Positions 56,140 through 64,000 of a stretch of DNA of 64,000 bases are shown here, piece after piece. This DNA comes from Faecousia sp. GTDB lineage: Bacteria; Bacillota; Clostridia; Oscillospirales; Oscillospiraceae. How positions within the stretch are numbered: the stretch's first letter is position 1; every line of letters starts with the position of its first letter. The position numbers and the translations under genes were made by a program. A model generated the notes under the pieces. The model worked only from the letters and a program-made list of their open reading frames with translations. It was not told the origin of the DNA and searched no databases. Location: assembly GCA_034104845.1 (NCBI GenBank), contig JAXECZ010000062.1, positions 1,303 to 65,302 of the forward strand, in the 5' to 3' direction.

Positions 56140-56823
56140 TCACTGGCCCATCAGCTTCAATTCTCCGGATATCATCCATTGGAGGTAATCTTTAGGGGTT
56201 TCCATTTGCCTGGGAACCTCCACACCGCCGCCATAGAGTAAATCCACATGGTGACTGTCGGAGCCGGAGGTAACCGGAAGCTGGAACATGCTGGCATATG
56301 TAAAGGCCCTCTGGTTCATCAGCTTTCCCTCCGGTCCGATATTGGCAGCATTGATGGCCTCCACCCCGTCAATATCCCTGGGAAAAAGCTGGAAATGGTC
56401 GATATAGTCCCGCTCCCGAAAAGGGTGGGCCTGAACCACAAAGCCTCCCCCCTGTCGGAACAGCGCCAACGCCTTCCGGGGAGAAAGCCGGTCCACATCC
56501 TCATGCTCCAGCAGCCATTGCTTATCCAGGTTATAAACCAGGAATTCCGCTCCATGGTAGTTGTATTCAAAGCCAAAAAACACCTGCAGGCCGATTTTAT
56601 CCCCCTCCCGCAGGGCATCCTCGAAGCCCAGGCAGAATTGCGTCACCCGCTCCCTCCAGGGCAGATTCCGGTCAATGGCTGTGTTTCCGTTAAAAAAATG
56701 ATCGGTGATGAAAATCCCGCTATACCCTGCCGCCAGGTGGGCCCGGGCCATTTCCGCCCCGGTTGCCGAGGCGCAAGCACTGCCCTGGCAGGTATGCAGA
56801 TGGGTTTCGTAACGATAGGACAT
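56140..56823 (-). CDS. PHP-domain (histidinol-phosphatase-like) metal-dependent phosphoesterase (227 aa)
   Basis: MSYRYETHLHTCQGSACA..., ITDH and SGSDSHH. The start was moved to ATG 56823. Confidence 0.75.
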   Translation of the reverse strand: MSYRYETHLHTCQGSACASATGAEMARAHLAAGYSGIFITDHFFNGNTAIDRNLPWRERVTQFCLGFEDALREGDKIGLQVFFGFEYNYHGAEFLVYNLDKQWLLEHEDVDRLSPRKALALFRQGGGFVVQAHPFRERDYIDHFQLFPRDIDGVEAINAANIGPEGKLMNQRAFTYASMFQLPVTSGSDSHHVDLLYGGGVEVPRQMETPKDYLQWMISGELKLMGQ

Positions 56824-56922
56824 GCGTTTCCTCTTTCCTTTTGCCAATTTCCCCGCCATTATGGGGGGAGTCACCCAAAAAGCCAAAACCGGGTCGGAAG
56901 CAATCCGGCCCGGTAGGATGGT

Positions 56923-58506
56923 TTACTTGTTTTCCGCCGCCTGCTGGGCCCGCAGCCGGGCATCCACTTCGTCCAGGTCGAAAACCTCACGGACCTTTTT
57001 ATAGAACTCCGTATAGGTATAGCCATTATCTACATATCGCCAACCGGCACCGGCGTAGGGATCCCTGCCGGTGAATACCGCCACAGTTCCCTCGTGGATC
57101 TCCTTGTACTGCTTCTGCTCCTCGGCGTTCACCCGTGTCTGCTTGCAGAATAGGTTCTGGATATCCAATCCGTCCAGGGGCATCAGACTGCTGACCTTGG
57201 TGTAGCAGATATTCAGATATTTCAGGCTGGAACACCCGGCAAGGGGAGAAATATCTGACAGCTTCATGCAGTTGGCAAGCTCCAGGAATTCCAGCTTCTT
57301 GCAGTTTTCAATGCCGGACAGATCCGATGCCGCGCAGCCGGAGAGAATGAGAATCTCCAGGTCCGGCATGAAAGCCAGAAAGCTCAGATCCGTGAGGGTA
57401 TCATTGTGGCCCATGTCGATGTATTTGGCACTGCGAAGGTAGCGCATCTCATATACGGTATCGTCGGTGACGTTATAAACCGCCCGGATGGTATCGTCGT
57501 TGGTCAGGGTGGAATACTGCCCGTTGGTGCCGAAGTAAACCCGCCACACCAAATCCACATGGTCGTAATCCTGACGGATGGAGTCCAGGAATTCGCTGCT
57601 CAGGCCGCAGCGGTCCAGGATCAGGCTGGAGCCGGGGGCCATAATACTGAGGGCCTCCCGGATCTCCGTCTCATGGCCGGCGTTGAGGTTGAGCTGCTGA
57701 AACGCGATCTCCTCGTCGGTGGTGGAAACCGTCCGGCCGAAGAGGCTGAACACATAGTGAAACCGGACGGTGGGGGCAGCCTCCACCAGCTGGCGAACAT
57801 CCTGCTTGGATAGGTCGCAGGTTCCGGAGGCATTCATCAGCTCCACATAGTTCAGATTGGGCAGGCTTTCCAGTATGCCGATTACCGAGGAAATTTCCCC
57901 CACAGTCATGCCGGAAAGGTCTACACTTTCCGTTGCCTCGTCAAATTCCATTCCGCGGAAGCCCACGGTGTAGGTGATTTCCAGCTGGGGATAGGAATTT
58001 CGAAGGGCCTGAATTTCCGAATAGCTCAGCTGAGTGTTGGGCAGATGAAGGGTTTTCAGATTGGACAGATAAACCAGATTGTTCCGAAGAATGGGAAATG
58101 TCACCCCGTCGGCAGGCAGGGAGACATGCTCCACCCAGTCGGCGGCCCAGGTGCTGCCCAAATCCACGGAATAGGAAACCTCCACCTGAGGATGATTTTG
58201 GATGTAGACCATGATGGCGGTGTAGCAGGTGCTGCCGGACAGATCCAGCTTTCTCAGATTAGGGTATTCCTCCAGCTCCCGGATGGTTCTTTCCGTCACC
58301 ACCATGGAAAGCTCCTCCACCGTCAGCTTATCGGTGGGCTGGGTAGTCACATTCCACTCCTCCGGCAGGACGGAACCCGTTTCCTCCACCCCTGCGGTCA
58401 CCGGGGGCTGATTTACATTTTGGCCTGACTTAGGGAAGAGCTCCGCGCAGCCGGTAAGTCCCAGGCAGAGCAGCAAAAGGGTGAATATAACACGAAACGG
58501 TTTCAT
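56923..58506 (-). CDS. Leucine-rich-repeat lipoprotein (527 aa)
   Basis: Lipobox LLCLGLTGC. LRR units include LEILILSGCAASDLSGIENCKKLEFLELANCMKLSDISPLAGCSSLKYLNICYTKVSSLMPL. Confidence 0.75.
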   Translation of the reverse strand: MKPFRVIFTLLLLCLGLTGCAELFPKSGQNVNQPPVTAGVEETGSVLPEEWNVTTQPTDKLTVEELSMVVTERTIRELEEYPNLRKLDLSGSTCYTAIMVYIQNHPQVEVSYSVDLGSTWAADWVEHVSLPADGVTFPILRNNLVYLSNLKTLHLPNTQLSYSEIQALRNSYPQLEITYTVGFRGMEFDEATESVDLSGMTVGEISSVIGILESLPNLNYVELMNASGTCDLSKQDVRQLVEAAPTVRFHYVFSLFGRTVSTTDEEIAFQQLNLNAGHETEIREALSIMAPGSSLILDRCGLSSEFLDSIRQDYDHVDLVWRVYFGTNGQYSTLTNDDTIRAVYNVTDDTVYEMRYLRSAKYIDMGHNDTLTDLSFLAFMPDLEILILSGCAASDLSGIENCKKLEFLELANCMKLSDISPLAGCSSLKYLNICYTKVSSLMPLDGLDIQNLFCKQTRVNAEEQKQYKEIHEGTVAVFTGRDPYAGAGWRYVDNGYTYTEFYKKVREVFDLDEVDARLRAQQAAENK

Positions 58507-58696
58507 CCAGCAGATGCCTCCGATAAATACACAATTCTTTGAAATTATAGCATATCACAACAGGAAATGCAAGAAAGGCAAGAAAAGTTTGATAATTCTT
58601 AATATAGAAAAGTTGCTTGCTTTCTCCGGCCATCCCTATACGTTTTCTCCAAAAAGCAGCGCGGACGGTCCTATTTGACCATCCGCGCCGTGGCAG

Positions 58697-58891
58697 TTAC
58701 TGCAAGCCCTGCTCGTAGGACTCAATCATTTTCTTGACCATCTGGCCACCGATGGACCCGGCCTCACGGGAGGTCAGATCGCCATTGTAGCCGTCCTTCA
58801 GGTTCACGCCAACCTCATTGGCAGCCTGCATCTTGAACTTGTCCATTGCTTCCCGTGCCTGGGGAACGTTGATCTGGTTGTTGCTCTTCAT
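58697..58891 (-). CDS. Alpha/beta-type small acid-soluble spore protein (64 aa)
   Basis: ..AREAMDKFKMQAANEVGV.. and ..LTSREAGSIGGQMVKKMIE.. are the two conserved SASP blocks. Confidence 0.9.
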   Translation of the reverse strand: MKSNNQINVPQAREAMDKFKMQAANEVGVNLKDGYNGDLTSREAGSIGGQMVKKMIESYEQGLQ

Positions 58892-59210
58892 TTTCGATTC
58901 TCTCCTTTTGACGTTTTCCGCGGTTTTTCTTCCGCAGTCATAGCTTTACCGCTTTTTTCGGGAATATCACTGTTGGTTTCTGGTAAAACTGGTTGAAAGG
59001 ATTGAGAATCGCGATTTGGGAAAAGAATTCAGAGCAAATCACGCAACGGGCGATTCCGCAAGGCCGTGTGCCACAAAGCTTTCGGTATCTTTGGATCCTC
59101 GTCCCCTATTGAATCGCACCCACGAACGAAAAATTCTTCATGGATGCCGATTCCAAAGCGAAAAACACCCATAGAACCATCCTATTAAAAGCATTCGACC
59201 GGTATGGGAA

Positions 59211-61697
59211 TCAATTTGATGCTTGCTGTTCTCCAAAAGGATCGTCGCTGTTTACGACGATAATGCGGGCACGGTTTTTGCCAACGGCAGAATCAAAGAA
59301 CGTATGTCCATAACAGTAGACATAGATGGCAGAGCCGTCCTTGCGGCGCAGACGATGCTTCAGATAGAGATCCTCTCCCCTGCCGTTTTCCGGAAGGACA
59401 ATCTCCAGGTATTCCTTCCTGTCCTCTTCAAAAATCAGGGACAAATGGTTGATCCGCTTACTCAGTGCATCCTCTCTGCTGTAGCCGGTAAGCTTCTCGA
59501 ACTGATCATCCACCTGAACTATGGTGAAATCTTCCTCTATGTAGTAAATACAGCTGAAGACCCGCTGGACATTTTTGCCAGCTGCGTACCCCATTTCCGG
59601 TTTTCTGGCCGGGATGAGCTCCACGGATTTCGCGGATTCCTCCTGAGACATGGTGGAAACGGTGACGCCCCGCTCCCGGTCACTTTCCTCCAGCATAGCA
59701 ATGAATTCCCGGACGATATTGGGGTCGAACTGGGTTCCGGCACAGCGCAGCAGCTCTGAACGGGCGGCGGATTCCGCAAGCGCCTTCCGATAGGCCCGGT
59801 CATTGGTCATGGCGTCATAGGCATCCACCACGGCGATGATGCGGGAAAGGAGGGGAATCTGCTCCTCCCGCAGTCCCTCGGGATAGCCCCGACCATCCCA
59901 ACGCTCGTGATGGTACAAAATCATATCGGCGATGTTGCTGAACTCCTGGGAGCTCTTGGCAATCTGGTAGCCCTTTTGAACGTGGGTCTTCATCATGTTC
60001 CATTCGGAATCATTGAGCTTGCCGGGCTTGTTCAGAATTTCCAAAGGAATGCCGATCTTTCCGATATCGTGCATGATGGCAAGCAGTGCCAGGCTGCTCT
60101 GCTCCTGGTCTGTCAGATTGATACGGCGTCCAAGCTCCTGGCCGGACTTCTGGGTGCGCTGCACATGCTCACCGGTATCCGTGTCGCACTGGGACAGGGC
60201 CTGAAGCAGGGAACGCAGCAGCTCGGAATGGAGGGAGGTTCTGTCCATCAGCTTTTTGGTACGCATGGACTGGAGATTGCGCCGGATGGTTTCCACCACG
60301 CTTTCATTCCCCCGGACACTGACGGAGCTCTGCAGCTGGATGGGATAATCCACCCCACCGCTTTTCTGCATTTTATCCTGAATCCGGGCAATGATCGCCT
60401 CCACGGCAGGCACATTCAGTTCCGTGGTAATGGCAGCAACGGCGGCCTCTCTGGAACGGGTGAAAATGGTACCCACAGGGAATTCCGCCCGCATTTCCTC
60501 CGCCAGCAGCTGAATCACCCGGTCGCCGTTATTGCGCCCAAACTTCTGGTTGATATCCCCCAGACTGTTGATATCGCAGGTGGCAACCACCTGACACTCT
60601 GTGGTCACCGGATAAAGCGCATCGGCGTTTTCTTTAAAATCCGTCCAGGTGCGGAAGCCGGTAAGCAGATCATACTGGGTAGCAACCGAGGAGAAAACAA
60701 AAAGGCAGCCCAACCGCCTGTGCTTGCGATCCCGCTGTTCGGAATAATCACAGCGCATTGGACGACTGTCGATAAAGCACTGGAAAGAAGACCGTTGACT
60801 GGGGACTCCCCTGCTGCGCCGAATGCCACAGCGGGTGAGAAAGTCCTGCAAGGTGACCTGCTGCCCGGAAAACAAGCCGGACGGGAGCATTTCCTCTGCC
60901 TTGCGGTTGTGGAGGATCAGTTTATCATCGTAATCGAAAAGCACAATGGCCTGATCGATATTTTCAAAAATCCAGCTGTGGAAATGGTTCAAAAGGCCAT
61001 GGGATGCATAATCAAAGCTGTTCCAATAGTAGGCAAGGGCGATTACACTGTAGCCAATGAGAGAATAGTCCACATTCTCCTCGCCGAACAGCCCGGGCGC
61101 ATATAGGTATGCCCCATTGATGAGAACAACCACGATCAGGGCATAAACGGTATAAAAATACTGTCTGGCATAGATTCTCGGGGCATGGATGCACTTCTTG
61201 ATCAGTTCATAAAGCACCAGCAGAATCACAAAATAGTCAAAGAACAGGTGCACACGGTAAAGCCAGTGCATCTCATAGCCATAGCAGGAGATTTTGGCAG
61301 GATGGTAGACATAGCTGATGGCGATTTCATAGAAAGGATTCACGGCGAAAACCAGGATATCCAGCACCGTAAACGCAAAAATTGCCTTATAGAGCCATCC
61401 TGACGGCTTATCACCCGAGGGATTGATGAAATACCAGTTGAAGATCAGCAAGGTGAAAAGCGTAAAATCGATACCGCCAAAGTAGATGCTGGACAGAACA
61501 GAATAAAGAAAATAGTCCTGAACAAACAAACTGATGATATAGCTCAATGTGACTGCAAAGGCCCCCAGGCAGGCACACCCCATCCATATGCCCTTTTTCC
61601 CTCCGTGGTCGATCGCTTTCATCGCGATGATAACATCAATCATACACACAAGAGAAAAAACGATCATCAAAAATGCAAATCCACTCACAACAACCAT
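59211..61697 (-). CDS. Membrane sensor with a degenerate GGDEF-like domain, an HD-GYP phosphodiesterase domain and a C-terminal PAS-like domain (828 aa)
   Basis: There are ~7 N-terminal TM helices. HD-GYP motifs are LLAIMHDIGKIGIP and HHERWDGRGYPEGL. The C-terminal ~110 aa are PAS-like. Confidence 0.8.
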   Translation of the reverse strand: MVVVSGFAFLMIVFSLVCMIDVIIAMKAIDHGGKKGIWMGCACLGAFAVTLSYIISLFVQDYFLYSVLSSIYFGGIDFTLFTLLIFNWYFINPSGDKPSGWLYKAIFAFTVLDILVFAVNPFYEIAISYVYHPAKISCYGYEMHWLYRVHLFFDYFVILLVLYELIKKCIHAPRIYARQYFYTVYALIVVVLINGAYLYAPGLFGEENVDYSLIGYSVIALAYYWNSFDYASHGLLNHFHSWIFENIDQAIVLFDYDDKLILHNRKAEEMLPSGLFSGQQVTLQDFLTRCGIRRSRGVPSQRSSFQCFIDSRPMRCDYSEQRDRKHRRLGCLFVFSSVATQYDLLTGFRTWTDFKENADALYPVTTECQVVATCDINSLGDINQKFGRNNGDRVIQLLAEEMRAEFPVGTIFTRSREAAVAAITTELNVPAVEAIIARIQDKMQKSGGVDYPIQLQSSVSVRGNESVVETIRRNLQSMRTKKLMDRTSLHSELLRSLLQALSQCDTDTGEHVQRTQKSGQELGRRINLTDQEQSSLALLAIMHDIGKIGIPLEILNKPGKLNDSEWNMMKTHVQKGYQIAKSSQEFSNIADMILYHHERWDGRGYPEGLREEQIPLLSRIIAVVDAYDAMTNDRAYRKALAESAARSELLRCAGTQFDPNIVREFIAMLEESDRERGVTVSTMSQEESAKSVELIPARKPEMGYAAGKNVQRVFSCIYYIEEDFTIVQVDDQFEKLTGYSREDALSKRINHLSLIFEEDRKEYLEIVLPENGRGEDLYLKHRLRRKDGSAIYVYCYGHTFFDSAVGKNRARIIVVNSDDPFGEQQASN

Positions 61698-61859
61698 TCT
61701 CCCCGCAAAGATAACGCCACGGCACCCTTCGCCTAAGAGGCTTTCCGTGTCAGAGTACCATATATCTACGTTATATTATCACATATATTTTCCTTTTTTC
61801 AATACCACAGTGATATTTTAGAAAAGATTGTAGGAAATTACAGTTATTCCCATTTCCCC

Positions 61860-61887
61860 TTGACTTTTTTGAAAAAGCAGGTATAAT
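61860..61887 (+). promoter_or_regulatory. Promoter TTGACT-N16-TATAAT for tRNA-Gln
   Basis: TTGACT 61860-61865 and TATAAT 61882-61887, about 17 nt before the tRNA 5' end. Confidence 0.65.
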
Positions 61888-61903
61888 AATCGAGTAAGTG
61901 TAT

Positions 61904-61977
61904 AGAGGATTTGTGTAACGGTAGCACACCGGACTCTGACTCCGTTTGCGGGGGTTCGAATCCCTCATCCTCTGCCA
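61904..61977 (+). tRNA. tRNA-Gln (CUG)
   Basis: Acceptor AGAGGAT/ATCCTCT, D arm GTGT..., anticodon loop CTCTGAC (CUG), T arm GGGGG-TTCGAAT-CCCTC, discriminator G and an encoded CCA. Confidence 0.85.
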
Positions 61978-61978
61978 A

Positions 61979-62015
61979 TCCCCTCTTTTGCTTCCGGCAA
62001 AAGAGGGGATTTTTC
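61979..62015 (+). terminator. Rho-independent terminator after tRNA-Gln
   Basis: TCCCCTCTTTT-gcttccggc-AAAAGAGGGGA followed by TTTTT. Confidence 0.85.
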
Positions 62016-62122
62016 AGCTTTATAAGGTAGATCAATGCATTGTGGTTTGCGTGAATTCCATTCGCCGGAACATCTTGGCAAATACCAGCTTGTCCATATG
62101 CATACAAAAACGATAAACACAT

Positions 62123-62217
62123 AAAAAAAGAGATAACGGAGAATAGATAATCGTGTCAGAAATCACCCCCACGTGGGATGGAATCCATACACAATACTCT
62201 ATTATCCGTTATCTCTT
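62123..62217 (-). terminator. Long (~22-bp arm) imperfect hairpin plus a T-run downstream of tRNA-Ser
   Basis: On the minus strand, GAAGAGATAACGGATAATAGAGT...(~45 nt, containing the palindrome CCCACGTGGG)...GATTATCTATTCTCCGTTATCTCT followed by TTTTTTT. Confidence 0.5.
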
Positions 62218-62243
62218 CTCAAGCCCCCATTCCGGGGCATTTT

Positions 62244-62332
62244 TGGCGGAGATGGAGGGATTCGAACCCCCGGTACCCAAAAGTACAACTGATTTCGAGT
62301 CAGCCTCGTTACGACCACTTCGATACATCTCC
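62244..62332 (-). tRNA. tRNA-Ser (CGA)
   Basis: The reverse complement is GGAGATGTATCGAAGTGGTCGTAACGAGGCTGACTCGAAATCAGTTGTACTTTTGGGTACCGGGGGTTCGAATCCCTCCATCTCCGCCA. It has a long variable arm and anticodon CGA. Confidence 0.9.
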
Positions 62333-62380
62333 GTACCGCTTCGCACAGCAGGAGTATTATACCAGCCGTTTGTGGAAAAA

Positions 62381-62659
62381 TCAAGGCTTTTCACCGGTGC
62401 TGTGATTCTTTTTTACAAGCTCCAATACTTCCCCCAGCTTTTTGCAAATACTGCCGTAGTTTTCCCGGCAGTGGGGGCGCAGACAGCGGGAGCAGTCCTT
62501 GATTCCTTTTTCATTATAGGTAAAGCAACCGCCGCAGTCATCCCCCAGGGCATACAGGGGGCAATAGCAAAACAGGCAGCTGAACCGCTCCGGATCCGCC
62601 CCGGGATGGCAGGGAAAATACTCGCATTCCTTGTTTTGAAAAAAATCATAATGGCTCAT
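62381..62659 (-). CDS. Cysteine-rich small domain protein (92 aa)
   Basis: ECEYFPCHPGADPERFSCLFCYCPLYALGDDCGGCFTY..CSRCLRPHC is a dense Cys pattern of the 'Cys-rich small domain' type. Confidence 0.65.
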   Translation of the reverse strand: MSHYDFFQNKECEYFPCHPGADPERFSCLFCYCPLYALGDDCGGCFTYNEKGIKDCSRCLRPHCRENYGSICKKLGEVLELVKKNHSTGEKP

Positions 62660-62692
62660 ATTGCCACCTCATTTCCAGAATACAAAAAACGG

Positions 62693-63340
62693 TCACGAAA
62701 ACAGGCTCCATGGGAAACACTCCGGCGGCTCGTGCTGAAAGTGCATCCAGTTCCCGGAAACGGGATGTCGAAAGCCGATGGATCGAGAATACAGCGCGAT
62801 CTCGCAGGGGTCGTCCAGGGTGGAATATTTTCGTTCTCCCACCAGGGGAAAGCCCCTGCTGGCAAATTGAACCCGAATTTGGTGGGTTCTGCCGGTATGA
62901 AGCCGGATTTCCAGCTCTGAAAATCCCCCTGCCCTACCCAGAATACGATAGCTCAGGCTGGCCTGCTGGATACCCTTGCCGGGCTGGGCTGCCACATAGG
63001 TCATTTTCCGCGCCTTATCCCTGCCCAAAAGGTCCTCCAGCGTGTCCCTTTCCTTCTCCGGGGCGCCATGGATCACGGCATAATAGGTCTTTTGAAACTC
63101 CCCCTCCCGCACCTGACGGGACAGCAGGGAGGCAGCCTGGGGATTTCTCGCCAGCACCATCAGGCCGCTGACAACCCGATCCAGCCGGTGAACCGTCCGG
63201 AGGTCCGCCCCTGGGTCGCCCAACTGCATACGAAGCAGCTCCGGGAGGCCGCCGGGTTCATCTGTGGAAAGCACTCTTGCCGGTTTGACACATACCAGAA
63301 TGTCCGCATCCTGGTAACAGACCTCTACCACGGAAATCAC
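62693..63340 (-). CDS. RluA-family RNA pseudouridine synthase (215 aa)
   Basis: The catalytic motif is TVHRLDRVVSGLMVLAR, followed by ..LHTGRTHQIRVQFA.. Confidence 0.9.
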   Translation of the reverse strand: MISVVEVCYQDADILVCVKPARVLSTDEPGGLPELLRMQLGDPGADLRTVHRLDRVVSGLMVLARNPQAASLLSRQVREGEFQKTYYAVIHGAPEKERDTLEDLLGRDKARKMTYVAAQPGKGIQQASLSYRILGRAGGFSELEIRLHTGRTHQIRVQFASRGFPLVGERKYSTLDDPCEIALYSRSIGFRHPVSGNWMHFQHEPPECFPWSLFS

Positions 63341-63413
63341 CTCGGCCTTATTTTAGCAGATTTCCGGTCAAATCGCAAGACCCGGAACCACCCGGAGGAG
63401 GCTTTTTCAGAAT

Positions 63414-63653
63414 TCACCGCTTATTCTTTTTATCGAAGAGCATGGAAAGAGCAACCCCCGCCAGGACCAGAAGCATGGCGGATGCCAGCGGATTGGGACT
63501 ATGCTTCACGATTCCCTTGGCCAGCTTCGGCAAACCGGTGCCGGGGAGAGCCTGACGGGGTACGTCCCAGCCCTGGGCCCAGATCCGAACAGAGAAAAGG
63601 GCAGCCACCAGCAGCAAGCCCGCACAAATCAAACAAACGACCCGTTTTCCCAT
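63414..63653 (-). CDS. 79-aa exported micro-protein with an LPGTG motif, a C-terminal hydrophobic segment and a basic tail
   Basis: MGKRVVCLICAGLLLVAALFSVRIWAQGWDVPRQALPGTGLPKLAKGIVKHSPNPLASAMLLVLAGVALSMLFDKKNKR. A GGGAGG RBS lies upstream. Confidence 0.45.
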   Translation of the reverse strand: MGKRVVCLICAGLLLVAALFSVRIWAQGWDVPRQALPGTGLPKLAKGIVKHSPNPLASAMLLVLAGVALSMLFDKKNKR

Positions 63654-64000
63654 CTTTCTGAATCCTCCCTCAAATGATTTTGGATTCAGTATACACAGCT
63701 TCTCCGTGGAAAAAGGTCTAACCGTCTCTGTCCTCCGGGGAATCGAACGCCCTTACGCGTCGGCATCCTGCATAATGAGAGCAAAAGCTCTGCGAAAGAT
63801 GGCTCGGGCTCCCGAAGCATCGGTAACAGGGGAAAAACTTTTGTCAGAGCCTTATTTTTTCGATAAACAGGCAGCAAAATCCATAAGGAAGTTTCATTAT
63901 CCAAAACCAGAGGAAGAAACCGCGCCCTGGTTTGAAACCCAGCGATTTCTCCGGAAGCACCCGGTTTTTTCTGGTTAGCCAACTGGGCTCGCCGGAATGG

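Noticed and set aside
58892-59210. A sigma-G-type forespore promoter upstream of the SASP gene, and a 57-aa plus-strand ORF at 59141
   Set aside because: I could not find a convincing GHATR-N18-CATNNTA match by eye. The small ORF overlaps the 3' end of the HD-GYP gene and has no RBS.
63654-63982. ORFs 63686..63982 (-) and 63706..63978 (+), and a T-loop-like GGGCGTTCGATTCCCC suggesting a tRNA or riboswitch
   Set aside because: The T stem has a C:C mismatch, and no acceptor or anticodon arms can be drawn. I could not match any riboswitch consensus (TPP, cobalamin, SAM, T-box, c-di-GMP) by eye. The ORFs lack an RBS and any motifs. I left it as an unexplained ~320-nt leader or intergenic region. 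A minus-strand gene may end at ~63975 (..IPASPVG*), but too little of it is visible.

Overview
The window looks like chromosome from a spore-forming Firmicute of roughly 55% GC, probably Clostridia. Supporting genes are an alpha/beta-type SASP, a PerR/reverse-rubrerythrin/rubredoxin operon, murC-ddl and a giant surface protein rich in Listeria-Bacteroides repeats. It splits into two parts.

(1) Positions 1-18.3 kb are one co-directional minus-strand defence island. It carries a complete type 1 BREX system (brxA, brxB, brxC, pglX, pglZ, brxL) headed by a 69-aa XRE-type HTH gene. The canonical gene order is interrupted twice. A strongly AT-rich ABC-type ATPase + HNH pair (Septu PtuA/PtuB-like) sits between brxC and pglX. 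A DUF3791-DUF3990-DUF3791 three-gene cassette sits between pglX and pglZ. Its middle protein has PARP-like H..GxGFY motifs, and no function is assigned to this trio as far as I know. A DUF262 (GmrSD/BrxU-like) gene follows brxL and runs off the left edge. The island ends at a 45-nt 3' half of tRNA-Pro(UGG) plus a strong terminator (18202-18283), probably an att remnant.

(2) Positions 18.3-64 kb are core genes:
- An SGNH hydrolase.
- A 3,962-aa surface protein flanked by a small Cys-rich ORF and a minimal S8 subtilase, with LuxR and TetR regulators upstream.
- ychF.
- A lipoprotein with 12 tandem Cys-rich repeats.
- A DUF1934 gene with ddl and murC.
- An internally duplicated beta-helix protein.
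- prfC.
- An iron-type ABC transporter.
- An aminotransferase.
- The PerR oxidative-stress operon.
- An LRR lipoprotein.
- A SASP.
- An HD-GYP sensor.
- tRNA-Gln and tRNA-Ser.
- An RluA-family pseudouridine synthase.

The best candidates for an undescribed system are the cassettes nested inside BREX, above all the DUF3791/DUF3990 trio. All calls come from reading the translations and sequence by eye; no searches were run. Coordinates I derived by hand, rather than from the ORF track, may be off by about 1 nt.
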